From sequence record PP777464.1: a stretch of DNA of 64,000 bases; one strand, given 5' to 3'. The notes beneath the pieces are model-generated. The model searched no databases, was not told where the DNA came from, and worked only from the letters and a program-made list of their open reading frames with translations. The position numbers and the translations under genes were made by a program. Position 1 is the stretch's first letter; each line of letters begins with the position of its first letter. Shown in pieces: positions 48,398 to 57,382 of this stretch.

Positions 48398-49909
48398 ATG
48401 GATAATTTTTTCAGTACTGAAACTACCACAGTACCTAATGGATATGTATATACTTCTCACACTGGTGGCAAATATGTATTTCTAGAAGGTTTCTGGTTTA
48501 ACGACAATAATATGTTAATGGTAGACCCTAAAAAATACCCATCCATGTACGCAAGTGCTCGACAACAGATTGTTGAGCACAATCTATCTTCTAGTGAATA
48601 TAAAATTGGTAAAAAATATATTCTTGAAGGTAAAGAGTGTACATTTCTTGGTGAAAATCGTTTCAATTCTAAAGATGGAATTCTACTAACTGAAAGTGAA
48701 ATTATCACTGAACTAATGGCAGATGACCACCGTGTATATAATGTTTCAAAAGAAACTCTACAAAAAGAATGGAACTCCCTAAAATTCTATATCCTTCCAC
48801 CATATGCTGATGATATTTCTATTCCAGCAGGTATGGAAGTTAGTGGATTTAAATTCATCCCTAAAAATCACCGTTTTGTTGATGCAAAATCTGGACGTCC
48901 AGTTGACCCAGCAATGACACGTAAACTTTCCGATGAAGGTATGCGTATTGCTCGCCAATTAGCACCAAAAAACAAACTAATTCCAATTAAATCTACATTA
49001 GTACAAGGTAATACTCGTTCAGAATGGAATGGTAAAGAATTTTGTGATAATGATGGTAATGTTGTAATTCCAGAACAAAATGCACATGTAATCTTTAATG
49101 CATATCAGCAATTTGTTAAGGCTAACCCTGGTGATTTTCCTTCACTAACTGGTGATCATGAATCAGGTGAACAACGTTTTGGTTCAGGTGAAAAGCCAGA
49201 ACAACCTAAACAACCAGTAAAACAGCCAGTATTCGCAACAAAAGAATCCATTAATGAAGCAGATGAAGAGATTGAAGAAACTGAATCTGTTGTGGTTCCA
49301 CATGGTTACCGCATTACTTCAAATAAAGGTAAAACATACATTAAACAAAAAAATGCATGGTTTGATGTAGAAACTAAAAAACAACTAAATTCTAGTGCTG
49401 CAAAAAGTGTTGAACGTGCTGCTCAACGTGATATAATTCGCCATAACAGTTCTGGTGCAATGAAAATCGGAACTAAAGTAAAATCTAAGAAAGGCACAGA
49501 GTATTCTTATATCGGTGGTAACCGCTTTATCAGTGCAGAAGGTAAATTGATTCCAAAATCAACTGCTGATGACATTCTTGCTCGTTATGATGCAGAACGT
49601 GCTGATAAGAAAGAAGAAGAACCTGAAGAGAAAGTAGATGCTGAAGTATCAAGTACTGATGTAGTTGAGCCAAAAGCTGAACCTACTAAAGAACCAGAAC
49701 CTGTATCAGAGCCAGAACCTGAAGTTCCTGCTCCTGGTGATGAAGTTCAATCATTGGCTTCACGAATTAAAGAATCACCTTACGCTAAGAAAATTACAGT
49801 ACTCTTAACGCGTGGTGATGAGGTTTCTCTAATTGCTGCTGACATTTTACTATCTGGTAAAAAGGATGAAACAGTGCAAATTTTAAAATCATTAAATAAG
49901 AATGATTGA
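48398..49909 (+). CDS. putative head internal protein with internal repeats
   Basis: Repeated VP.GY...S..G..Y...WF and KIG...G..Y.F.G.NRF...G.LI units; ESINEA motif; AAGGAG RBS. Confidence 0.6.
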   Translation: MDNFFSTETTTVPNGYVYTSHTGGKYVFLEGFWFNDNNMLMVDPKKYPSMYASARQQIVEHNLSSSEYKIGKKYILEGKECTFLGENRFNSKDGILLTESEIITELMADDHRVYNVSKETLQKEWNSLKFYILPPYADDISIPAGMEVSGFKFIPKNHRFVDAKSGRPVDPAMTRKLSDEGMRIARQLAPKNKLIPIKSTLVQGNTRSEWNGKEFCDNDGNVVIPEQNAHVIFNAYQQFVKANPGDFPSLTGDHESGEQRFGSGEKPEQPKQPVKQPVFATKESINEADEEIEETESVVVPHGYRITSNKGKTYIKQKNAWFDVETKKQLNSSAAKSVERAAQRDIIRHNSSGAMKIGTKVKSKKGTEYSYIGGNRFISAEGKLIPKSTADDILARYDAERADKKEEEPEEKVDAEVSSTDVVEPKAEPTKEPEPVSEPEPEVPAPGDEVQSLASRIKESPYAKKITVLLTRGDEVSLIAADILLSGKKDETVQILKSLNKND

Positions 49910-49931
49910 TAACTAAAAGGATTTATTTAAA

Positions 49932-50921
49932 ATGGCTAAAAAAATTAATGAAGCACAAGTTAAAATCGATATCGCAGGACTAGAATCTGAAGATCTAGAA
50001 ACACTATCTCGTATGCTTGCACTAGCTGGTCAAGCCGAGCGTCAAGCTTCTCCGGTTGCTGCTCCAGTTCCTTCTATGGGGTCAATGACCCCTTCTCTAC
50101 CACCAATCGCTCCACTCGATATGGATTCAATTGGTGCTGGTGCAGAAGAAGAAGTTGGTGGTTCAATGGATGGTGCAATTGATGCACCTGTTGAAGACCC
50201 ATTAGAAGTTGCTGCTGACTCACTATCTGCTGAAGCTGGTGATTTTGGTGGTGATTCTGAAGAAGTAAGTATGGATGCAGAGTTCGAAGAGCCTGGTGTT
50301 GCAGATGAAGAAGAGTTTTCTTTAGATCTTTCCGGTCAACCTCAACTAGAATCAGTTGAAGAAGAGGAAGAAGAAGAAATCATCGAAGAAGAATTCGATT
50401 TCAGTCGTATGCTATCTCTAGCTGGTCTTCAAGACGAACCAGAAGATGAATATTCAGTAGAAGGTAACCCATATACTGAAGTTAAAGTTGAAGAAAACAC
50501 TTTCCTACCAGACCTAACCATCTCTGAAGATGAAGAACAAGGTGACAGTACCGATTTTGGTCCTTACAACACTGAAGCTGATGCCGTTCGTGACGGTCAA
50601 GCTAAAACTAATGGTGTAGAAGGTGACCACTTTGTTGTTATTACCAAGGGTAACAAGTTCTACTGGAGACGTGTCGTTGATGAAGATGTTGACAATCGTC
50701 CTGAACCAGAGTACTATGACAATGACGGTAACGAGAACCGTGTTCACAAATTTGAACCTAAGTTCCCAGGTACTGCTCTAGGTGACAACCCACTCAATGT
50801 TAATGAGAGTGATGAGTCCGTGGAAGGTAACGAAGAACTAGAAGATGAAAGCGATGAAGAAGTCGAAGACATTTTCGAAAGTCTCCAGAAGAAATATCAA
50901 CAATTTCTAGGGGACAAATAA
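49932..50921 (+). CDS. highly acidic prohead core/scaffold-like protein
   Basis: Glu/Asp-rich; KKINEA and LESV motifs. Confidence 0.6.
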   Translation: MAKKINEAQVKIDIAGLESEDLETLSRMLALAGQAERQASPVAAPVPSMGSMTPSLPPIAPLDMDSIGAGAEEEVGGSMDGAIDAPVEDPLEVAADSLSAEAGDFGGDSEEVSMDAEFEEPGVADEEEFSLDLSGQPQLESVEEEEEEEIIEEEFDFSRMLSLAGLQDEPEDEYSVEGNPYTEVKVEENTFLPDLTISEDEEQGDSTDFGPYNTEADAVRDGQAKTNGVEGDHFVVITKGNKFYWRRVVDEDVDNRPEPEYYDNDGNENRVHKFEPKFPGTALGDNPLNVNESDESVEGNEELEDESDEEVEDIFESLQKKYQQFLGDK

Positions 50922-50922
50922 G

Positions 50923-51315
50923 ATGGGATATAATTATCGTGAATTGGTTGAAGCATTAGATGAAATCACTTCTAGTGAAGAATCTACTGAAGAAGAAAGT
51001 TTTGCAGTTGAGACTCCTTCTGATGCTGTTGCCACCGATTTACTTAAAGATATCACCGAATGCCTTATCCACATTGTGGATAAGGTTAAATCAGGTGAAG
51101 ATCAAAAAGAAATCGTAGAAAAGCTTCAAAAAGCGTGTGACATTTTATCGGATGTTCGATATAATGATGAAAGTACTGAAGAAGTTGATGAATCCACTGA
51201 TTGCTGCTTCGGAACCAAAGATATGGGTCCGAAAATTGGTAAAGATGGTGTCCAAGACTATAAAGTTAAAGATGCTCCTTCATATGCAGCAAGACAGGGT
51301 TTCGTGGGGATGTAA
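50923..51315 (+). CDS. acidic putative head protein
   Basis: LVEA and EVDES motifs. Confidence 0.55.
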   Translation: MGYNYRELVEALDEITSSEESTEEESFAVETPSDAVATDLLKDITECLIHIVDKVKSGEDQKEIVEKLQKACDILSDVRYNDESTEEVDESTDCCFGTKDMGPKIGKDGVQDYKVKDAPSYAARQGFVGM

Positions 51316-51318
51316 TTT

Positions 51319-51696
51319 ATGATTCCTGAACCACACAACAGTACTGAATTTCAAAACGATGTACTTTTAAAAGTTAGAGAAGTACATGGATCAGACGCTG
51401 AATTAACAGACCGTATGCTTCTGATGTCAATTTTTGAAAATTTCAGAACTGGCGGTGGTTTAAGACTTAGCAAGTTTGGATATACAATTTGTAAAGAAAA
51501 CATTCTTTACGAATTTACAAAAATCCCCTTGCAAAGAGAGTTCAAAAGTTCTATAATCTTTACATCGCTTGATAGGATATGTACTTCACCCTACTATGTA
51601 GAAGGGCAGTACATATACCTCTCGGACGCAATGATAGTTACAGAGTTAACATTGTGTGGTGATGATTTTAGAATGTTATTTTCGATGCACATGTAG
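51319..51696 (+). CDS. hypothetical protein
   Basis: ORF tiling. Confidence 0.7.
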   Translation: MIPEPHNSTEFQNDVLLKVREVHGSDAELTDRMLLMSIFENFRTGGGLRLSKFGYTICKENILYEFTKIPLQREFKSSIIFTSLDRICTSPYYVEGQYIYLSDAMIVTELTLCGDDFRMLFSMHM

Positions 51697-51704
51697 CTTC
51701 GAAA

Positions 51705-51757
51705 ATAAAGAAAAAAAGATGTTGACAACGCCGAATGATGTGTTATAATGACCACCA
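51705..51757 (+). promoter_or_regulatory. strong sigma70 promoter P1 (rrn P1-like)
   Basis: A-tract UP element, TTGACA 51722, 16-bp spacer, TATAAT 51744, then GACCACC. Confidence 0.85.
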
Positions 51758-51793
51758 CGAAGCAAGTTTTCAAAATCACAAGATGTGAGATTG

Positions 51794-51850
51794 AAAAAGA
51801 AATAAAAAAGTTGTTGACAAGCCTGAACGATGTGATATAATGACCACATC
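51794..51850 (+). promoter_or_regulatory. strong sigma70 promoter P2 (rrn P1-like)
   Basis: A-tract UP element, TTGACA 51814, 16-bp spacer, TATAAT 51836, then GACCACA. Confidence 0.85.
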
Positions 51851-52012
51851 AAGACGGCAAAGAGAAATGCCTTTTTAAATACACGGATGATTCATGAAGT
51901 AACAAAGGAACTGATAAGTTAAAAATTCTTTTAACACAGTTCCTTTACTTTTGCCCACGGATTGGCTATAATAGAAACCTAAACGATTTTATCCAACAAA
52001 AGGAAAATATAC

Positions 52013-53341
52013 ATGTCTACTCAAAACAACGATATCCTGAACGTAAAACTGACTCCTAAGAAAGCTAAAGAAGCAATGGCACTGGCTGACATGATTCAAG
52101 ATAGCCTGATGATTTGGGGTAGCCCTGGTATCGGTAAATCTGCTATCGCACGTCAATACGCTGATGAGAACTACCCACTGCGTAAAGATAACGTGGCAAA
52201 AATTGAGTTCATGAAACAACAAATCGAAGCTGATACTGAAAATGCTGATCAACTTCGCCGTGAACTGGCAGCGTTTGAAGCCAAACTAATCGACCAAGAC
52301 ACTAACTTTATCGATTTCCGTTTGTCTCAGATTGAACCAAGTGACCTTCGCGGTATCCCAGTTCCAGAGAAAGTGTTCCTTGATATGGATGGTAAGCAAC
52401 TGATTGAATCTGAACTGGCTAGTGCACAAGATTACATCGCTGAAACAGCAGTTGTGTGGGCAGCACCTAAAGTACTGAAACTGTCTCCAGATTGGAAAGG
52501 TGTTATTCTGTTTGACGAAATCAACTCTGCAATGCCGATTGTACAGGCAGCGTCTTATCAGCTAATCCTCGACCGTTGTGTTGGTGAGATGAAGCTACCT
52601 AAGACTGCACTGATTCTCGCAGCAGGTAACCGTGAAACTGATGGCGGTGTAACGTTCTCTCTAGCTACACCACTGCGTGACCGTATGACCCACATCGAAA
52701 TGATTCCTTATCATCAAGATTGGATTAACGATTATGCGATTGGTAAGCGTTTGAACCCAGCAACTGTAGCGTTCATCAACAACACTGGTGCTAAACACTT
52801 CAACACCCTTAGCCCACAAGATCCTTCTCACTGTGGTGGTACTTCTCCACGTTCATGGGAAGCAGTAGCACGCTACGAAGATCTGAAGAAAGTTAAGAAC
52901 ATTGATAAAGAAGTGTTCCGTGCGATGATTGCAGGTCGTGTTGGTGAAGGCGTAGCAACTGAATACATCGAGTATGTTGATAACGTAGCTAAACTACCAG
53001 ATACCATGTCCATCCTACAGGGTGAGATTAAAGAGATTGATGCTTCGCTTGATATTTCCGCGAACTACTTCATCACTCTGAATCTGGTTTACAAAATTAT
53101 CGACCTCTACAATGAGAAGCAAGAACAACGTCTACCAGTGGAAGATTGGGGTAAGCTGTGCAACAACTTCATCACCTTCCTAGACCATAACTTCTCTGCA
53201 ACTCAAGCAGAACTGGCAGTACTGGCGATTCGTACCATCACGCTTCATAAAGTAGCGATTACGATTAAAGATGTACCAGCGTTTAAAGACTTCGTTATGA
53301 AGTACTCTGACCTAGTACGTAAAGCACGCTCTCTTGGTTAA
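52013..53341 (+). CDS. MoxR-like AAA+ ATPase
   Basis: WGSPGIGKS, DFRLSQIEPSDLRGIP, LFDEIN, AAGNR, PLRDRM, SPRSWE. Confidence 0.9.
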   Translation: MSTQNNDILNVKLTPKKAKEAMALADMIQDSLMIWGSPGIGKSAIARQYADENYPLRKDNVAKIEFMKQQIEADTENADQLRRELAAFEAKLIDQDTNFIDFRLSQIEPSDLRGIPVPEKVFLDMDGKQLIESELASAQDYIAETAVVWAAPKVLKLSPDWKGVILFDEINSAMPIVQAASYQLILDRCVGEMKLPKTALILAAGNRETDGGVTFSLATPLRDRMTHIEMIPYHQDWINDYAIGKRLNPATVAFINNTGAKHFNTLSPQDPSHCGGTSPRSWEAVARYEDLKKVKNIDKEVFRAMIAGRVGEGVATEYIEYVDNVAKLPDTMSILQGEIKEIDASLDISANYFITLNLVYKIIDLYNEKQEQRLPVEDWGKLCNNFITFLDHNFSATQAELAVLAIRTITLHKVAITIKDVPAFKDFVMKYSDLVRKARSLG

Positions 53342-53356
53342 TAATTAAAAAGAGTG

Positions 53357-53395
53357 TTGACAAGGAGGATACCACATGGTATCCTTCTTTTATCT
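53357..53395 (+). promoter_or_regulatory. overlapping sigma70 promoter and palindrome/terminator
   Basis: TTGACA-17-TATCCT, with AGGATACCA-CA-TGGTATCCT inverted repeat followed by TCTTTT. Confidence 0.55.
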
Positions 53396-53416
53396 TAACT
53401 AAACGAGGAAATACAA

Positions 53417-54826
53417 ATGTCAGATAAACGTTTCAGTGATGTTACTCCGGCTCTCCAGAAAGAATGTCAAGATCGTCTGATCTTAGCTCGCACATCTTTA
53501 ATGCTAACATTCCCATTCTTTGGTGTACTGGCTTCTCGTCTGCGTCCAGTTGCAAACAACACATGGTGTCGTACTTTGGCTGTAGATGGTAAGCATTTAT
53601 TCTACAACGTAGAATTCATCATGGGTATTCAGGACCAATCCAAAAAGTCAGCATACGAAGAAGCAATTCGTGAGAAACATCCTGAAGTAACTGAAGAACA
53701 ACTTAAAGAAATGACAGAAGGTTTGACCGATGAAAACCTGATTGCAGTTATCTGTCATGAAATTCTTCACTGTGCATATGACCACTTCTTGCGTCGTGGT
53801 ATGCGTGACCCGCAGCGTTATAACCGTGCTGCTGACTATGCAATTAACCAGATTCTTGTTCGTGATAAAATTGGTAAAATCCAAAGCCAATGGCTGTACG
53901 ATAAAAAGTACGATGGTATGACTGCTGAAGAGATTTATAACATTCTCGAAGAAGAAGATAAGCAGGATCAAGACGGAGAAGGTGAAGGAAATCCACAGGC
54001 TGGTAGTGGTGAGGGTGAAGGTAAATCACGCGGTACTTTTGGTGATATCAAAGATGGTAAAGGCAAAGGTACAACAATCGACCAGCATGACGTTCCACAA
54101 GAAGGTCAAGAAGGTGGTTCAAGTGATAAACAAAAACGTGATTATATGGATGATTTCAAAACAGCAATGATGAATGCTGCTCGTGCAGGTGGTACTCCTG
54201 CTGAAATCGCACGTATGATTAACAACTTCAAAGAACCAAAGATCGACTGGCGTTCTAAACTTCACCGCACACTGCGTAGCTGGTTGAAGTCTGATGCAAC
54301 TTATCAAAATCCTAATCGTCGTTCATGGGGTGCTGGTTTTGGTAGTTCTGGTTCATTCTACGGGAATCCAATCTTCCCTGGTATGAAACCAGATGATGAT
54401 ATTGATATTGCAATTGCACTAGATGCATCCGGTTCTATCTCTGAAGATATGCTCCGTGATTTCATCAGTGAAGTACTGGGTATCACTAAGCAGTTTAAAC
54501 AATTTAAAATCCGTATCATGACGTTCGATACTGAAGTTTATACTGTGAAAGATTACAAAACTGGTGAAGAGAGTAAGATTCTCGAATATCCAGTGAAAGG
54601 TGGTGGTGGTACTGACTTTGAAGCAGTATGGGTTCATATGAAGCATGACAACTATAAGCCTAAACAGCTTATTATGTTTACAGATGGTGAGCCGTGGCAG
54701 TCATGGGGTGATCCTGATTACTGTAAGACACTGTTTGTTATCCACAGTAATCCTAACAAACAAGCACCATTTGGCGAAACTGTACACTACGAATATGAAG
54801 CTGACAAAAAGCGTCAACGTAGCTAA
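53417..54826 (+). CDS. HEXXH metallopeptidase (DUF2201-like) with C-terminal vWA domain
   Basis: TLAVDGK, HEILH, YNRAADYAIN, IDWRSKL, MIDAS-like ALDASGSIS, GGGGTDF, FTDG. Confidence 0.88.
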   Translation: MSDKRFSDVTPALQKECQDRLILARTSLMLTFPFFGVLASRLRPVANNTWCRTLAVDGKHLFYNVEFIMGIQDQSKKSAYEEAIREKHPEVTEEQLKEMTEGLTDENLIAVICHEILHCAYDHFLRRGMRDPQRYNRAADYAINQILVRDKIGKIQSQWLYDKKYDGMTAEEIYNILEEEDKQDQDGEGEGNPQAGSGEGEGKSRGTFGDIKDGKGKGTTIDQHDVPQEGQEGGSSDKQKRDYMDDFKTAMMNAARAGGTPAEIARMINNFKEPKIDWRSKLHRTLRSWLKSDATYQNPNRRSWGAGFGSSGSFYGNPIFPGMKPDDDIDIAIALDASGSISEDMLRDFISEVLGITKQFKQFKIRIMTFDTEVYTVKDYKTGEESKILEYPVKGGGGTDFEAVWVHMKHDNYKPKQLIMFTDGEPWQSWGDPDYCKTLFVIHSNPNKQAPFGETVHYEYEADKKRQRS

Positions 54827-54935
54827 GTACTAAATAATGAGAACGGAAAATTCCGTTCTCTACTTTTTTCAGCGGGACAGCTTGGAAAAAGGTGATATAA
54901 TTATATTTGTAACAACATACATGGAGAGTATTAAA

Positions 54936-55166
54936 ATGGAACAAGAACCAGAAAAAATTCAACTAACACTAATCGACCTAATCAACGCTGCTAAAATCAT
55001 GGAAGCTGCTGTGGCTCGTAATTCATTTAAAGTCGAAGAACTTGTTGATGTTGCTCCAGTCGTATCTAAGTTTGTTGAGTTTGCTAACTCTGCACTCGAA
55101 GATATCAAAGCACAAGAAGAAGCTGATGCTGCACAAGCTGCTGCTGAACAAAATAAAGGAGAATAA
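54936..55166 (+). CDS. hypothetical protein
   Basis: GGAG RBS before ATG at 54936. Confidence 0.7.
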   Translation: MEQEPEKIQLTLIDLINAAKIMEAAVARNSFKVEELVDVAPVVSKFVEFANSALEDIKAQEEADAAQAAAEQNKGE

Positions 55167-55168
55167 TA

Positions 55169-55822
55169 ATGGCTATTCGTCACGTTGGTGTAGTACGTAA
55201 TACGGGTTCACGAGTATTTGTGGTATGGCGTTCACTCCCTGATGATCCAGAACATTGTCTCATTGTTTATCGCGACTCACTTCCTGAAGCATATGCTCAA
55301 TCTGTTGCAGATTTAGTAATGAATCAAGGTCAATCGAATGTAGATTTGTGGGAAGTTATGCATAAGATTGGTCATCTAGACGGTCGCAAAATGCTAGATG
55401 TTCTTCATAATCTACAACATTTGCGTCGTGCACGTACTTGTGATATTGATATGCATGTTGGTGGAAACAGTAAGATTTCTCTTGATGTTCTAAACAACGC
55501 AATCAATGATAATGATGCTAAAAAACATGAAGATGGTAAAGTTAAAGAATACAACCCATTCAAGCCACAAGAAGTTGATACTTCTGTTGAAGAAGCTACC
55601 ATTGTTGAGCAACTACTTAAAGATGCACAACGTTATGAGCAGTTGGCTAAAGAGCACTTTGAACGTGCTTACAACTTAGAACCATCTCTACGTCCACAAG
55701 TTCAAGCAACACCTGTAGCACCTGATAGCAAAACTTTCTATATTGAAATCCCAGAAGGAATTTCACAAACCAAAGCAATTGAGAAAGTTAAACAGGCATT
55801 TGCAGAACGTAAAGCAAAATAA
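55169..55822 (+). CDS. phage hypothetical protein
   Basis: AAGGAG RBS. Confidence 0.8.
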   Translation: MAIRHVGVVRNTGSRVFVVWRSLPDDPEHCLIVYRDSLPEAYAQSVADLVMNQGQSNVDLWEVMHKIGHLDGRKMLDVLHNLQHLRRARTCDIDMHVGGNSKISLDVLNNAINDNDAKKHEDGKVKEYNPFKPQEVDTSVEEATIVEQLLKDAQRYEQLAKEHFERAYNLEPSLRPQVQATPVAPDSKTFYIEIPEGISQTKAIEKVKQAFAERKAK

Positions 55823-55827
55823 TATAA

Positions 55828-56424
55828 ATGAATAAAATAGAATTAGATGAAGCAATCAATGGTTTATCTAATGTATGTTTCAGTGGCGGGGCAGCAGGTG
55901 CTGACCGCCTTTTTTCTATCTATGCAAAAGACAATGGATTTGAAGTAATAAATTTTTCATTCAAGGGTCACCAAAGCAGCGTAGATGAAAATACTATATT
56001 AGAAATTCCACCCAATATCCTTTGTGATAGTTCAATATTAAAACAATTAAACATTGCATGTTACTCTTTACGCCGTAAAGTTCCTAAGCCTGGTTCGTAT
56101 GTATATAACTTACTTGCAAGGAATAGTTACCAGATACTTAATACAAAAAGAGTATATTGTATTGCAAATATTACATCACCTACGCAAGTTTCAGGTGGAA
56201 CTGCATGGGCCGTACAGATGTATATGGATTCAGTTGACAATCCAGAAATATATTGTTATGATATGAACACTCGCTCTGTATTTTATTATGATACAGTACT
56301 GAAAGAGTTTACTGAAACATTCTCAATACCAGCACCACACGGTAACTGGACTGGGATTGGTTCACGTAATGCTACACAAAAACACATGGAACACTTTATT
56401 ACATTTTTCAAGGACGTAAAATGA
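55828..56424 (+). CDS. SLOG/DprA-like nucleotide-binding fold protein
   Basis: SGGAAGAD, LLARN, SGGTAWAV, GIGSR. Confidence 0.65.
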   Translation: MNKIELDEAINGLSNVCFSGGAAGADRLFSIYAKDNGFEVINFSFKGHQSSVDENTILEIPPNILCDSSILKQLNIACYSLRRKVPKPGSYVYNLLARNSYQILNTKRVYCIANITSPTQVSGGTAWAVQMYMDSVDNPEIYCYDMNTRSVFYYDTVLKEFTETFSIPAPHGNWTGIGSRNATQKHMEHFITFFKDVK

Positions 56425-57350
56425 AACAACTACAAGAACTATATCAAAGAATTCTGGATCAAGGTGTCGAAAGCGTTGATCGTACTGGTGTTGGCACTAT
56501 CAAGCTAATCGGACAACAAATGCGTTTTGACCTAAAAGAAGGTTTCCCAGCAGTAACTACTAAACGTTTGGCTTGGAAAGCAATGACTTCAGAATTGTTA
56601 TGGTTTATTGAAGGTTCTCACGATGAGCGTCGTCTGTGTGAAATTTTACACGGGACACGTGATGTAGAAAAGAAAACAATTTGGACAGACAACTACCTTA
56701 ATCAAGGTGTAAGCCTTGGGTATTCTGATGGTGAGCTTGGCCCAGTTTATGGTAAACAATGGCGTGAATGGGAAGATTATAAATTCAGTTCCAGTACTGA
56801 AGAAATTCAAGAACTAAAAGATAAAGGGTATAAAGTTATTGATTATACTGGTTCACATGGTGTTATTATGCGTCGTGTAACTGACCAGCTAAAACAAGTT
56901 ATTGAAGGTATCAATACTGATCCATACGGTCGTCGTCACATTCTAAGTGCATGGAACGTTGGTGAGCTTGATGCTATGACTTTGCCACCCTGTCATAGCT
57001 TTGTGCAGTTTTGTGTTGTACAGGGTAAACTAAGTTGTATTCTTCATCAACGTAGTGCTGATCTATTCCTTGGTGTGCCATTTAATATTAGTAGTTACTC
57101 ACTACTAACTCATATGATTGCACAAATTACAGGGTTAGATGTTGGTGAATTTATTTGGAATGGTGGCGACTGCCATATCTACCAAAACCATATTGAACAA
57201 GTAAAAGAGCAACTCCAACGTGAACCACGTACATTACCAGAATTATGGCTAGATCCTACTATTACTGATATTGAAGATTTCACTATGGATTCTTTCAAAT
57301 TAGTTAATTACGATCCAATGCCAACAATCAAAGCACCAATGGCTGTATAA
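56421..57350 (+). CDS. thyA: thymidylate synthase
   Basis: DRTGVGT, FPAVTTK, ELLWF, LGPVYGKQWR, LPPCH, QRSADLFLGVPFN, HIYQNH. Confidence 0.97.
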   Translation: MKQLQELYQRILDQGVESVDRTGVGTIKLIGQQMRFDLKEGFPAVTTKRLAWKAMTSELLWFIEGSHDERRLCEILHGTRDVEKKTIWTDNYLNQGVSLGYSDGELGPVYGKQWREWEDYKFSSSTEEIQELKDKGYKVIDYTGSHGVIMRRVTDQLKQVIEGINTDPYGRRHILSAWNVGELDAMTLPPCHSFVQFCVVQGKLSCILHQRSADLFLGVPFNISSYSLLTHMIAQITGLDVGEFIWNGGDCHIYQNHIEQVKEQLQREPRTLPELWLDPTITDIEDFTMDSFKLVNYDPMPTIKAPMAV

Positions 57351-57353
57351 AAG

Positions 57354-57381
57354 AAAAGGGAGACTTATGTCTCCCTTTTTT
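57354..57381. terminator. bidirectional terminator between convergent blocks
   Basis: AAAAGGGAGAC-TTAT-GTCTCCCTTTTTT. Confidence 0.8.
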
Positions 57382-57382
57382 A

